Assembly: GCA_016783545.1 (NCBI GenBank)
Contig: JADHWJ010000005.1
Span: forward strand, 1,605-65,604
Source: Candidatus Aenigmatarchaeota archaeon
Lineage (GTDB): Archaea; Aenigmatarchaeota; Aenigmatarchaeia; QMZP01
Length of the DNA stretch: 64,000 bases
Direction of reading: 5' to 3'
The notes beneath the pieces were generated by a model, which was not told where the DNA came from, searched no databases, and saw nothing but the letters and a program-made list of their open reading frames with translations. Shown piece by piece: positions 46,415 through 55,889 of the stretch (the first letter of the stretch is position 1; each line of letters begins with the position of its first letter). Both the position numbers and the translations under genes were made by a program.

Positions 46415-47053
46415 CTATTCAGCAACAAGATCATCTACTTCTTTTGTGGAATAAAGCACATCTCGACCTCTATTTCCTAATTTTTTGATTTTTCCTGTTT
46501 TTGACATATGTGCAAGTGCACCAGCACCAATACCAAGCTTAGATCTTACCTGTTCCCCTGTATATACAGATTCTCCTTCATAGTCTACTGATTCACCAGC
46601 TAGTTTATCTACGTCTTCTACATCATAGTATGTGTGTTTCCCGTCATTTCCTAGTTTTCTAACCTGCTTTTTCATTGTGAGCCATGCAAGGCTTGCTGCA
46701 TTAATACCGAGCCTAGTTCTTATATGTTCCCCTGTATATGCAGGATTTCCCTTGTATTCTACTGCTCCATCTGGTATATCAGCAGTTCTTTCTGATATAT
46801 CAGCAGTTTCAGCTTCTGGGATTACTGGCCTTTTTGGGCTATCAGCAGGTATTTCTGCTAATTCCATTGAAAGTTCTGTTGAAAGCTTTGTTAGTCTTTC
46901 TTTCATACCATTTAATTCTGTGTATTCTGCTCCTAATTCTTGTAGATATCCTTTAAGACTTCCAACACCACTTGTTAATCTAGATGCTGCTGCTTCTATT
47001 TCATCTAAGGCATCTGATACTTGTTTTAAATAGTTAGGCATATTTACCTCCAT
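46415..47053 (-). CDS. Operon gene 1: coiled-coil protein with two tandem excisionase/MerR-type HTH (HTH_17-like) repeats
   Basis: Repeat 1: YKGNPAYTGEHIRTRLGINAASLAWLTMKKQVRKLGNDGKHTYYDVEDVDKL. Repeat 2: YEGESVYTGEQVRSKLGIGAGALAHMSKTGKIKKLGNRGRDVLYSTKEVDDL. Confidence 0.75.
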   Translation of the reverse strand: MEVNMPNYLKQVSDALDEIEAAASRLTSGVGSLKGYLQELGAEYTELNGMKERLTKLSTELSMELAEIPADSPKRPVIPEAETADISERTADIPDGAVEYKGNPAYTGEHIRTRLGINAASLAWLTMKKQVRKLGNDGKHTYYDVEDVDKLAGESVDYEGESVYTGEQVRSKLGIGAGALAHMSKTGKIKKLGNRGRDVLYSTKEVDDLVAE

Positions 47054-47208
47054 TATCCTATAAATTAGAGGTATATTATTTAAAGTTTACTATTGAAGAA
47101 TAGTCGCATATTGCCGATTTTATGGTTAATTGAGAATATGAGCCAGATCTTAAGATAGACCAGTTCTTTTTATATAATAATTTATTTCTTGAAATTAAAA
47201 AGATAGAT

Positions 47209-48015
47209 ATGAGTATTCAGAAAAACATACCAATAATAATTATCCTTATACCCCTTATACTATTCGGAATCACTATGACTCCTAATCCTGAGGGACAGAA
47301 TCTTACAGGAATGAATACTAATCTTGTTTCCCGTGTAATAGATGGGGATACAGTTGAGCTTGGAAATAGTGAAAGGGTAAGACTTCTTGGAATAGACACA
47401 CCAGAAAGGGGCCAGTTCCTGTTCAAGGAATCAACTGAATGGCTCAAAGACAAAATAGAAGGAAAGAGAGTTAGGCTGGAGTCAGATATCGAAGATAAGG
47501 ACAAATATGATAGGCTTCTAAGGCATATCTTCTTGGGAAATGAGCATATTAATCTGAAATTAGTTGAACTGGGTTATGCGAATACGCTTTTCTATGGGAA
47601 TGAAAAATACAGAGAAGAACTTTTAGCAGCAGAAGCAGAAGCAAGGGATAAAGGAACAGGTATATGGCATTTTAACAGGAACCTATTTTGTATAGGTATA
47701 TTCCAATTGCATTATAATGCAAAAGGGGATGATAATGAAAACCTTAATGATGAGTATGTTATTCTCAGGAACAAGTGCGAAAATCCGGTCAGTATGGACA
47801 AATGGCTATTGAAAGATGAATCCGGCATAATGTATGAGTTCAAAAACCTTTTAGTGAAAGCAAAAGCTAAATTTACTTTACATACAGGGCAGGGTAATGA
47901 TAACGAAACAGATATCTATTGGAATAGGGCAAGGGCTGTCTGGAATAATAATGGGGATATATTGAAAGTATGGAATGCTAATAGAGAACCTGTTTTAGAG
48001 TACCAATATCCATAG
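47209..48015 (+). CDS. Membrane-anchored or secreted staphylococcal-nuclease-like thermonuclease fused to a lamin-tail domain
   Basis: N-terminal TM/signal segment. SNase motifs VIDGDTVEL and RVRLLGIDTPE. C-terminal LTD-like EYVILRNKCENPVSMDKWLLKDESG. Confidence 0.85.
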   Translation: MSIQKNIPIIIILIPLILFGITMTPNPEGQNLTGMNTNLVSRVIDGDTVELGNSERVRLLGIDTPERGQFLFKESTEWLKDKIEGKRVRLESDIEDKDKYDRLLRHIFLGNEHINLKLVELGYANTLFYGNEKYREELLAAEAEARDKGTGIWHFNRNLFCIGIFQLHYNAKGDDNENLNDEYVILRNKCENPVSMDKWLLKDESGIMYEFKNLLVKAKAKFTLHTGQGNDNETDIYWNRARAVWNNNGDILKVWNANREPVLEYQYP

Positions 48016-48098
48016 GTTTTTATATTGAATGGAAGGGAGCAGAAACGCGTTGATTTAAGCAAAAATACATTTAAATATCCGTTTTAAGAAGTTAAACT

Positions 48099-48731
48099 AT
48101 GCAAAAAGGGGATTTCATCTTAATTGATTTTGTAGGAAAGATAAAGCTTACAGACGAAGTTTTCGATCTGACAATAGAATCAGAAGCTAAGAAAGCAGGT
48201 ATATACAATGAAAAAAAGGAATATAAGCCTGTTCTTGTTATAATGGGAGCTGGAAACGTTGTTTCTGGTGTTGAAAAGCAACTTGAGAAAATGAAACCTG
48301 GTGAAGAAAAGAATTTTTCTGTAAATCCAGAAGATGGTTTTGGGAAAAGAAATCCTTTATCTGTAAAAATAGTTTCTATTAAAAAATTCCTTGAAAAAAA
48401 CATAAACCCTGTTCCAGGAATATATGTTGATATAGGCGGCATTCCCTGTAGGATACAGAGTGTTTCTGGTGGAAGGGTAAGGGTTGATTTTAATCACCCT
48501 TTAGCTGGAAAGGAATTGGGATATAATCTCAAGATAGTGAAAAAGCTTTCAGGTGCAAAGATTCAGATAGAATCCATACTTGAAAAATTTGAAATAAAAG
48601 GAACTGTAACTGTTAAAGAAAAGAACGTGGATATAAAATTGGAAGGCAAATCAAAACCAGAACTTAACAAGCCTATTTCCGAATTTATTAAAAAATGGGT
48701 AAAAGATATTAAAAAAATTAACTTTAAATAG
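48099..48731 (+). CDS. FKBP-type peptidyl-prolyl cis-trans isomerase (archaeal long type, SlyD-like)
   Basis: GDFILIDFVGK, an insert-in-flap region, and FNHPLAGKELGYNLKIV. Confidence 0.8.
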   Translation: MQKGDFILIDFVGKIKLTDEVFDLTIESEAKKAGIYNEKKEYKPVLVIMGAGNVVSGVEKQLEKMKPGEEKNFSVNPEDGFGKRNPLSVKIVSIKKFLEKNINPVPGIYVDIGGIPCRIQSVSGGRVRVDFNHPLAGKELGYNLKIVKKLSGAKIQIESILEKFEIKGTVTVKEKNVDIKLEGKSKPELNKPISEFIKKWVKDIKKINFK

Positions 48732-48807
48732 GTTTTGTCTTATAACACAAACCTTTAAAAAACTTACTTCTATAGATTAATTGTAATATTTTGAGGTAAA
48801 AAAATAT

Positions 48808-49938
48808 TTGGGAGAGACTTTTATGGCAGATTTTAATGATTCACAACCAACTGAGGTAACAGAGTTTTCTGAGACTCTGGGAGAAAGAGCAAGTGAGATA
48901 GATGACGAGCTCAGAAAAATTCTTGAGTCCAGAAAAGCAGAGATAAAAGTGGTTGGTGTTGGTGGAGCAGGTGGAAACACAATTTCAAGATTAATGCAAG
49001 TTGGTATTGTTGGTGCAGAGACAATTTCTATAAACACAGACGCACAGGATCTTTTATACACGGATTCAGATAGGAAACTTCTTATAGGAAAAGACATAAC
49101 AGGCGGACTTGGTGCTGGAGCTGACCCAAAAATAGGTCAGGAAGCAGCAAAAGAAAGCAAAGAGGATATAAAGAAAGGTCTGGAAGGCGCTGACATGGTT
49201 TTTATTAACTGCGGACTTGGTGGCGGAACAGGAACAGGTGCTGCTCCAATAGTCGCTGATATTGCAAAGAAACTTGGTGCACTAACTGTTGGTATAGTTA
49301 CACTACCATTCTCAATGGAAGGGAAGCAAAGAGGCAGAAATGCACAGGAAGGTATGGAAAGCCTTGAATCTATTCTTGACACATTGATTGTAATACCAAA
49401 TGACAAGCTTTTGGAAATAGTTCCTGATGTATCTGTTACAACAGCTTTCAAAGTTGCTGATGAGATTCTTGTTAATGCTGTAAAAGGTATAGCAGAGCTT
49501 ATCACAAAGCCAGGACTTGTAAACCTTGATTTCGCTGACATAAGGACAGTAATGAGCTCTGGTGGACTTGCAATGATAGGAATGGGTGAATCTGACACAG
49601 AGAACAGGGCAATGGAATCTGTTGAAAAAGCACTGAATAACCCATTATTAGATGTTGATATTGAAGGCGCTGCAGGTGCACTGATAAATGTTTCTGGTGG
49701 TTCTGATATAACAATAAAGGAATGCCAGGAAATTGTTGAGGGTGTGAGCTCCAAGATAAACGAAAATGCAAAGATAATATGGGGAGCACAGGTAATCAAA
49801 GAGCTTGGAGATACCATAAGAGCAATGCTTATTGTAACCGGTGTAAAGAGTTCTCAGATATACGGTCCTGAAAAGACAGTAACATCAGAAAAGAAAAGAG
49901 AAATTGAGCAGATTCTTGGCGTTGAGTTTGTAGGTTAA
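48808..49938 (+). CDS. ftsZ: Cell division GTPase FtsZ
   Basis: VVGVGGAGGNTISRL, NTDAQDL, and the tubulin signature GLGGGTGTGAAPIVA. The true start may be Met at 48823. Confidence 0.95.
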   Translation: MGETFMADFNDSQPTEVTEFSETLGERASEIDDELRKILESRKAEIKVVGVGGAGGNTISRLMQVGIVGAETISINTDAQDLLYTDSDRKLLIGKDITGGLGAGADPKIGQEAAKESKEDIKKGLEGADMVFINCGLGGGTGTGAAPIVADIAKKLGALTVGIVTLPFSMEGKQRGRNAQEGMESLESILDTLIVIPNDKLLEIVPDVSVTTAFKVADEILVNAVKGIAELITKPGLVNLDFADIRTVMSSGGLAMIGMGESDTENRAMESVEKALNNPLLDVDIEGAAGALINVSGGSDITIKECQEIVEGVSSKINENAKIIWGAQVIKELGDTIRAMLIVTGVKSSQIYGPEKTVTSEKKREIEQILGVEFVG

Positions 49939-49965
49939 GTTTATTTAAGTCTTATTATTCGTTTT

Positions 49966-52620
49966 TTAACTAAAAACTTTATTCTTTATCCACATCACAC
50001 TTATACCAATCAATGCTATCAATACAACTACACCCCAGTCATAAAGCCCAATAGGTACTGTCTGGAATATTCCCTGGAAGAATGGTAAATAAACAACAGC
50101 AATCTGCAACACAACTGAACCTAATATAGCATATATCAGTTTCCTATTAGCAAAGAAGCCTACTTTGTATTTTAATCTTACCCCCTGCACCCTTGCCATC
50201 TCAAAAACAACAACCATTGTGAAGACTACGGTCCTTGCCCTTGCTGCTCCCAAAGGAAGCTCTGACCAGAATAGCCAAAGTCCTGCCACAGCCATTATTA
50301 TGCCTATAATGAACATGTCAAGGAGCATGCTCTTTGACATTATCTTCTCTTTGGGGCTTCTTGGTGTTTTTTCCATTATATCCTTTGCACCAGGATCTAC
50401 ACCCAATGCCAGAGCAGGCATCCCATCTGTAACAAGATTTATCCAAAGTATTTGTATAACTGTCAAAGGGACCAAGAACTGACCTGTGACAGGATCTGAA
50501 AATCCTATTAACATTGCAAGGAATATTATAAGGACCTCGCCAAGGTTTGCAGAAAGCATGTATTGTATAAACTTTTTAATATTGTCATATATTATTCTCC
50601 CTTCTTTGATGGCTATAACTATTGTTGAGAAGTTGTCGTCTTCCAATATTATTTCAGATGCCTCTTTCGCAACATCAGTTCCCTTTATTCCCATTGCAAT
50701 GCCTATCTGAGCTTTTTTTAGTGCAGGTGCATCATTAACACCATCCCCTGTCATTGCAACTATATGTCCATTGGATTGCAAAGCCTCTACAATTTTCAGT
50801 TTTTGTACAGGTTCAACCCTTGCATAAACATCAATCTCTTCAACTATTTTCCTGAACTTCTCCTCTGGCATATTTTTGAGGTCTTCACCAACCAGCACAT
50901 TGTGTCCTTTACCTGTTATTATTCCTAGGCTTTTTGCTATTGCTTCTGCAGTGTCTGCATGGTCTCCTGTAACCATAACAACTTTAATACCAGCCTTTCT
51001 GCAGATTTCTATATCCTTTTTGACTTCCTCCCTTGGAGGATCTATCATTCCAACAAGACCGATAAAAACCAGATTATCTTCTTTCACATCCTTTGTTTTG
51101 GTTTCCTTGTATGCTAGAGCCAGTACTCTTAAAGCCCTCTTGGCCATTGCTTTGTTCTGATTCAATATCAGTTTCTTGTCTTTCTCTGTTATCCCTAAAA
51201 TCTTGTCATTTTTCTGTATCTTTGTGCACCTATCAAGTATTGTTTCAACAGCACCTTTTGATAACATAAACATTTTCTTTCCAGAGACATTCACAGTGCT
51301 CATCATCTTCCTTTCTGAGCTAAAAGGTATTTCTGCCTTTCTTGGGCTATTTTTCAGTATTTCATTCACATTTAGAGCTTTTTTAGCAAGTACTAGTAGA
51401 GCAGCCTCTGTTGGGTCTCCAATGAGTTTATTATCCTCAAATTCCGAATTATTGCAGAGAACTCCTGTTTTCAGAAGAACAGACAAGGCTTTATCCTTTT
51501 CAGCGTTTATTGCTTTTCCGTTTAGGTGTATAGAGCCTTTTGGGGTATATCCAGAACCAGTAACCATGTAATTGTTGTTATTTACGAAAACCTCTTTCAC
51601 TGTCATTTCATTTTTTGTCATTGTTCCTGTTTTATCAGCACATATAACTGATGTGCTTCCAAGGGTTTCAACAGCAGGTAGCTTTCTTATTAATGCATTC
51701 TTGGTGGCCATTGTTTTCAGGCCTACAGCAAGAGTAATTGTGACAACAGCTGGAAGCCCCTCTGGTATGGCTGCAACAGCCAGGGCTATTCCAGTAAGCA
51801 CCATTTCCATTACCTCTCCGCCTCTTGCTATCCCTAAAACGATTATTATAGCGCATATACCAAGTATCATCAAACCAAGATTCTTTCCAAAAACTTTGAG
51901 TGTTTTCTGTAACGGTGTGAGCTTTTCCTCTTCCTGAACCATTTTTGCTATTCTTCCCATCTCTGTTTTCATACCCGTTTTTACAACAATACCAAGTCCT
52001 CTTCCATATGTGACCACAGTACCTAAAAAAGCAGAGTTTTTTCTGTCAGCAAGGGCAACTTCTTTGAATTTATCTACAGTTTTTTCAACAGGAGCTGACT
52101 CTCCTGTGAGCGAAGCCTCATCTATTTTTAGGTTAATTGATTCAATAAGCCTTAGATCAGCTGGTATTGCTGTCCCCTCTTCCAGAACAACAATATCCCC
52201 TGGTACAAGGGTTTTGCTATCTATCTCTTCCTTTTTTCCATTCCTTATGACAATGGTCTTTGGTTTTGTAAGCTTTCTTAGGGCTTCCATTGCTTTTTCT
52301 GCCCTAAATTCTTGAACAAACCCAAATACACCATTCAGTATAATTATGATAATGATAACTATTGTGTCCAAAAGGTTTCCTATCAGAGCAGAAATAATTG
52401 AAGCAACTATTAAGATAATAACAAGTATAGAGGTAAACTGTCTTAGAAATATTCCAATTCCGCTTATTTTCTTTTCTTCTCTGAAAACATTAGAACCATA
52501 TTTATGAAGCCTTTCCCTTACCTGCAATCTGGAAAGCCCGTTTTTGGATGTCTGTAATTTTTCCAATGTTTGCTTAACTGATAATTGATAATAAGGTTTG
52601 TCTGTCTCTTGTTCAGGCAT
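49966..52620 (-). CDS. P-type ATPase, type II (Ca2+/cation-transporting, SERCA/PacL-like)
   Basis: DKTGTMT phosphorylation site, PEGLPAV, TGDHADTA, TGDGVNDAPALKKA, and about 10 TM segments. 884 aa. Confidence 0.95.
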   Translation of the reverse strand: MPEQETDKPYYQLSVKQTLEKLQTSKNGLSRLQVRERLHKYGSNVFREEKKISGIGIFLRQFTSILVIILIVASIISALIGNLLDTIVIIIIIILNGVFGFVQEFRAEKAMEALRKLTKPKTIVIRNGKKEEIDSKTLVPGDIVVLEEGTAIPADLRLIESINLKIDEASLTGESAPVEKTVDKFKEVALADRKNSAFLGTVVTYGRGLGIVVKTGMKTEMGRIAKMVQEEEKLTPLQKTLKVFGKNLGLMILGICAIIIVLGIARGGEVMEMVLTGIALAVAAIPEGLPAVVTITLAVGLKTMATKNALIRKLPAVETLGSTSVICADKTGTMTKNEMTVKEVFVNNNNYMVTGSGYTPKGSIHLNGKAINAEKDKALSVLLKTGVLCNNSEFEDNKLIGDPTEAALLVLAKKALNVNEILKNSPRKAEIPFSSERKMMSTVNVSGKKMFMLSKGAVETILDRCTKIQKNDKILGITEKDKKLILNQNKAMAKRALRVLALAYKETKTKDVKEDNLVFIGLVGMIDPPREEVKKDIEICRKAGIKVVMVTGDHADTAEAIAKSLGIITGKGHNVLVGEDLKNMPEEKFRKIVEEIDVYARVEPVQKLKIVEALQSNGHIVAMTGDGVNDAPALKKAQIGIAMGIKGTDVAKEASEIILEDDNFSTIVIAIKEGRIIYDNIKKFIQYMLSANLGEVLIIFLAMLIGFSDPVTGQFLVPLTVIQILWINLVTDGMPALALGVDPGAKDIMEKTPRSPKEKIMSKSMLLDMFIIGIIMAVAGLWLFWSELPLGAARARTVVFTMVVVFEMARVQGVRLKYKVGFFANRKLIYAILGSVVLQIAVVYLPFFQGIFQTVPIGLYDWGVVVLIALIGISVMWIKNKVFS

Positions 52621-52690
52621 ATTATACTTTTGTTTAATTGGTTAATATTCATTTATATTTCTTAGTATCAATTTCTATAATTGTGATTAT

Positions 52691-53260
52691 ATGCCTAACG
52701 GAAGAGTTACTAACGTAACAAGAAGATATATTGATTTTGAAAGTAGTGGTAATAATTATTCTGCAGAACTTAAAGATGTTAGAGATCTTGATCTTTCCCA
52801 GGGTGACGTTGTTAATTTTACACATGCCAGTGGTCAAAGTGTTGAAGGTTATCCAAGAGCAATTAACGTCAGTCTTGTAAGAAAGACTGCTCACCTTGGA
52901 ATTCAACCAATTGTTACTGAACCTGAAAGAAAATATGAAAGCCCTTTAGATGCTGCTAAAAAGGCAGAAGGCTTGCGAATGGATGATATTATTGATAATG
53001 TTATTCTTGGTGATGATAGATATGTTGAAGTTGGAAAACAAACTGTTTTTGTGGACAGGTGTAATTATACTCTTAATGGCAAAACAACAGAATTTAATCC
53101 TGATGCAATGACAACAGCAGTCAGAATAACAAATAGTTATCCATCTACTGAGAAAGTAGAAAGAAGAAAGGGGAAGGGTGTTAGAGGAAGCCTGAAAATC
53201 AAAGGAAACAGGGGAACTGATTTTTTGGCCGATTTTAAGGCACTAACTTTTGATTTATAA
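52691..53260 (+). CDS. Hypothetical protein
   Basis: 189-aa ORF. No family recognised. Confidence 0.5.
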   Translation: MPNGRVTNVTRRYIDFESSGNNYSAELKDVRDLDLSQGDVVNFTHASGQSVEGYPRAINVSLVRKTAHLGIQPIVTEPERKYESPLDAAKKAEGLRMDDIIDNVILGDDRYVEVGKQTVFVDRCNYTLNGKTTEFNPDAMTTAVRITNSYPSTEKVERRKGKGVRGSLKIKGNRGTDFLADFKALTFDL

Positions 53261-53440
53261 AGTTTATTTCTAATTTTTTTTCAGCCAATTAGAAGTTAAT
53301 AGTCTGATTGGTTATTCCATTGTTTTTATCCAAAGAGATATGCAAACTTCGTTTGCATGTACTTTGAAAAAGATTTCAAAGAGAACCTGAGAGAACACTA
53401 GTTCTAGCTCTGCTCTTTGGAGAATATAAGCGTCTACTAA

Positions 53441-53794
53441 ATGTCTTTGGAGGAAGAACCAATGATTCATAAGGTCATCTTGACAGTGACCTTTCTTATT
53501 TTGCTGTTCTTTGCATACCTGCCGATTTTATACTCACATGATTGGCAGATGGGAATAGCAGTCGTATTGTTTTTCATTCCATTCGGAGTGTTGGTGGCCG
53601 CAGTAATTGATAAGTTGAATGCCAGACCACATGTGTTGGCTCCTTTGTTCATATTTTTCCTTGGCACTTTCCTGTATTTCATTCCTCTTTGGGATGGGCC
53701 ATGGACTCACCCGATACTTAGCATTGCGTGCTGCTGTGGAATGGGCGAGATCATCTGGCAACACTTAAAGGAAAGGGTATCGAAGTATTTCTAG
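53441..53794 (+). CDS. Membrane protein (3-4 TM) in GC-rich island 3
   Basis: Hydrophobic helices in a locally GC-enriched segment. An alternative start is at 53462. Confidence 0.5.
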   Translation: MSLEEEPMIHKVILTVTFLILLFFAYLPILYSHDWQMGIAVVLFFIPFGVLVAAVIDKLNARPHVLAPLFIFFLGTFLYFIPLWDGPWTHPILSIACCCGMGEIIWQHLKERVSKYF

Positions 53795-53803
53795 GGGAGA
53801 ACC

Positions 53804-54343
53804 ATGCTCAACGCTATCTGTTTCATCATCATATGCAGCGTAGCGCATATCCTAGCCCCTAATGGACTTAGTTATGGGCTAATGTTGACACTGGGATTCA
53901 TCTCTGCACCAATGCAGACACTCTTCCACACCAAACGTGGTAAAAAGGGAGCTTTTTGCTACGCTATCGGCTTGCTTGCACTCTCTTGTGCGATTATGAT
54001 GAACTTTACCACGCATATGAAGCATTTTAGGGAGAGTGGTGGCGTCCTACTCATACTTTACACATCCTGTTGTTTGGGAGCTGGGTATGCTCTATGGGAG
54101 ATGGTAAGACCCATTATGAGAAGAATGGCCTCACGCAGACCATTCACACTTGAAGCATGGGAAAACCGTCTTACTAGGATAGGTTGGAGGCTAAAAGAGG
54201 CATCAGTGAAAAATGGGTACCGGATCCTGTGGGTGTTGTCTATTTTTCTGCTGCTTCTTTCGTTCTTCTATTCTGTATCAATGATAGCCATAGCAGGTAT
54301 GCTTTACCTGCTCTCGTATGGAGGAGAGACCGATGAATGCTGA
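53804..54343 (+). CDS. Membrane protein (about 5 TM) in GC-rich island 3
   Basis: Hydrophobic helices. Begins 9 nt after the previous ORF. Confidence 0.5.
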   Translation: MLNAICFIIICSVAHILAPNGLSYGLMLTLGFISAPMQTLFHTKRGKKGAFCYAIGLLALSCAIMMNFTTHMKHFRESGGVLLILYTSCCLGAGYALWEMVRPIMRRMASRRPFTLEAWENRLTRIGWRLKEASVKNGYRILWVLSIFLLLLSFFYSVSMIAIAGMLYLLSYGGETDEC

Positions 54344-54442
54344 GAGATATGTAACTGACAGGTGTGTCGCCGTTTATCGCCTTGAAACAGGGAAGAGATC
54401 TTCAAAGTTGATCGCAGTAATGGAGGAGGCCTTCGGGCCTTT

Positions 54443-54484
54443 CTTATGTCTAATAAAAGGGAGTCTTTTTAGAGGGAGTTTTTC
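54443..54484. repeat. Left copy of the direct repeat flanking the AAA ATPase gene (with a 15-nt insertion)
   Basis: tcttatgtctaat[aaaagggagtctttt]tagagggagttt compared with tcttatgtcttattagagggagttt at 55777-55800. Confidence 0.6.
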
Positions 54485-55695
54485 TTAAGCATCCATTTCC
54501 ATACAGGAATCAAGCTTATTTTTTTTCCTTTGATTATTAATTCATCACCCTGGTTATATGTTAGAATAATTCCCTGTTTCAAGTTGAATTCTTCCATTGC
54601 TTCTAACAATCCGTTTATTTCTCTGTTTTTGTTTTCTTCATTCAAGTTATAGCAAACCTGAAAAGCTTTCCTAATTTTTGTATCATCCCTGACAACAAAA
54701 TCACATTCACCATTTTCCCTGAAAAAGAATATATCCTTATATCTTTTCTTTAGCTCAATGAAAACAATGTTCTCAAGCATTCTTCCATTATCTTCTGAAA
54801 AAGAAATAGAATTGACAATTGACATCGCATTGTCAATAGAATATATTTTCTTTGGATTCACTATCTGTTTTTTCAAGGAATATTCAAATTTCGGCACTGA
54901 AAAAAGCAGATAACTGTCTTCAAAATATGAAATAAAAGATATAACAGTATTGGTTGATCCTAATTCAAATATTTTCTTAAGGCTGTTATAAGAGAACTCT
55001 TTTCCTGTGTTTGTTAAGAGATAAGAAGCCATTTTTCTCAGAATTTCAGTATTCTTCAACCCATATCTGACAGCAATATCCCTCATAATTATATCATTCA
55101 AAAGCTCCTGTAATATTTCTGCTTTTCCTGTTTTAATATATTCCGGAAAGCCGCCAATCTTTAGAAAATATTCTTCAAAAGATTTTACAGAAGGCTTCAG
55201 ACTTCTAATCTTTAGAAACTCAGTAAATGAAAAAGGGAAAAGTTCATATGTAAGATGTCTTCCAGTGAGCCTTGTCCCAAGCTCCTTGCTCAATAAAGAA
55301 GCATTTGAACCTGTAATAAAAACATGATTTTTTCTATCAAGTAGTGTCCTAACAAACAATTCCCATTTCTCTGCATTCTGAATTTCATCAAAAAAATACT
55401 GTTTGCTATCGCCATATTCCTCATGGAAAACCTCATCAAGTCTTTGAAAATCAGATACATCAAATCCAACCGCCCTTGGATCCTCAAAATTGAAATAATA
55501 GAAATTCTCGGTTTTTTTCATGAGCTGTCTTAGCAGTGTGCTTTTTCCTGATCTTCTTATTCCTGATACAATCACTGCAAAAGACATATCCAGATCAATT
55601 TCTTTGATTTTCTCTCTTTCTATACCTTCTTCAAACTGGGAAAGATTTTCTTTCTGTGATTTGACTATATTCCTTAGGGTTTCTTTTAATATCAT
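54469..55695 (-). CDS. AAA-family ATPase (AAA_14 + DUF4143 type)
   Basis: Walker A GIRRSGKSTLLRQL, Walker B-like YFFDEIQ, and a C-terminal DUF4143-like region ending in a PD-(D/E)xK-like CDFV. Typical multi-copy archaeal ATPase. Confidence 0.85.
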   Translation of the reverse strand: MILKETLRNIVKSQKENLSQFEEGIEREKIKEIDLDMSFAVIVSGIRRSGKSTLLRQLMKKTENFYYFNFEDPRAVGFDVSDFQRLDEVFHEEYGDSKQYFFDEIQNAEKWELFVRTLLDRKNHVFITGSNASLLSKELGTRLTGRHLTYELFPFSFTEFLKIRSLKPSVKSFEEYFLKIGGFPEYIKTGKAEILQELLNDIIMRDIAVRYGLKNTEILRKMASYLLTNTGKEFSYNSLKKIFELGSTNTVISFISYFEDSYLLFSVPKFEYSLKKQIVNPKKIYSIDNAMSIVNSISFSEDNGRMLENIVFIELKKRYKDIFFFRENGECDFVVRDDTKIRKAFQVCYNLNEENKNREINGLLEAMEEFNLKQGIILTYNQGDELIIKGKKISLIPVWKWMLKKNSL

Positions 55696-55776
55696 ATTAA
55701 ATTATTGTTATTTCTGCTTAAAAAGCTTTCATTGGTAATGAATAGTTTTGTTCATTATAAATGAACAGTTTAGTAT

Positions 55777-55802
55777 CTTATGTCTTATTAGAGGGAGTTT
55801 AT
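55777..55802. repeat. Right copy of the direct repeat flanking the AAA ATPase gene
   Basis: See 54443..54484. This copy repeats the last codons (KNSL-stop) of the ATPase gene about 85 nt upstream of its start. Confidence 0.6.
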
Positions 55803-55889
55803 TAAACGGGACATAGAATTTTTTATCTAAATTTTAAAGAAAAAAACTCTCACGGCCTAATTTTCGCATTTTCGGACATATTTAGACAT

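Noticed and set aside
40360-47053. Calling the six-gene operon a compositionally foreign island
   Set aside because: Hand counts of two 60-nt samples gave about 30-38% G+C. That is not clearly different from typical host genes at about 33%. Only a formal calculation could justify such a claim.
49137-49817. 226-aa ORF antisense to ftsZ, plus many similar antisense ORFs inside cysS, the P-type ATPase, the UbiD gene and others
   Set aside because: These are low-complexity Ser/Pro/Ile-rich translations opposite genes with unambiguous conserved motifs.
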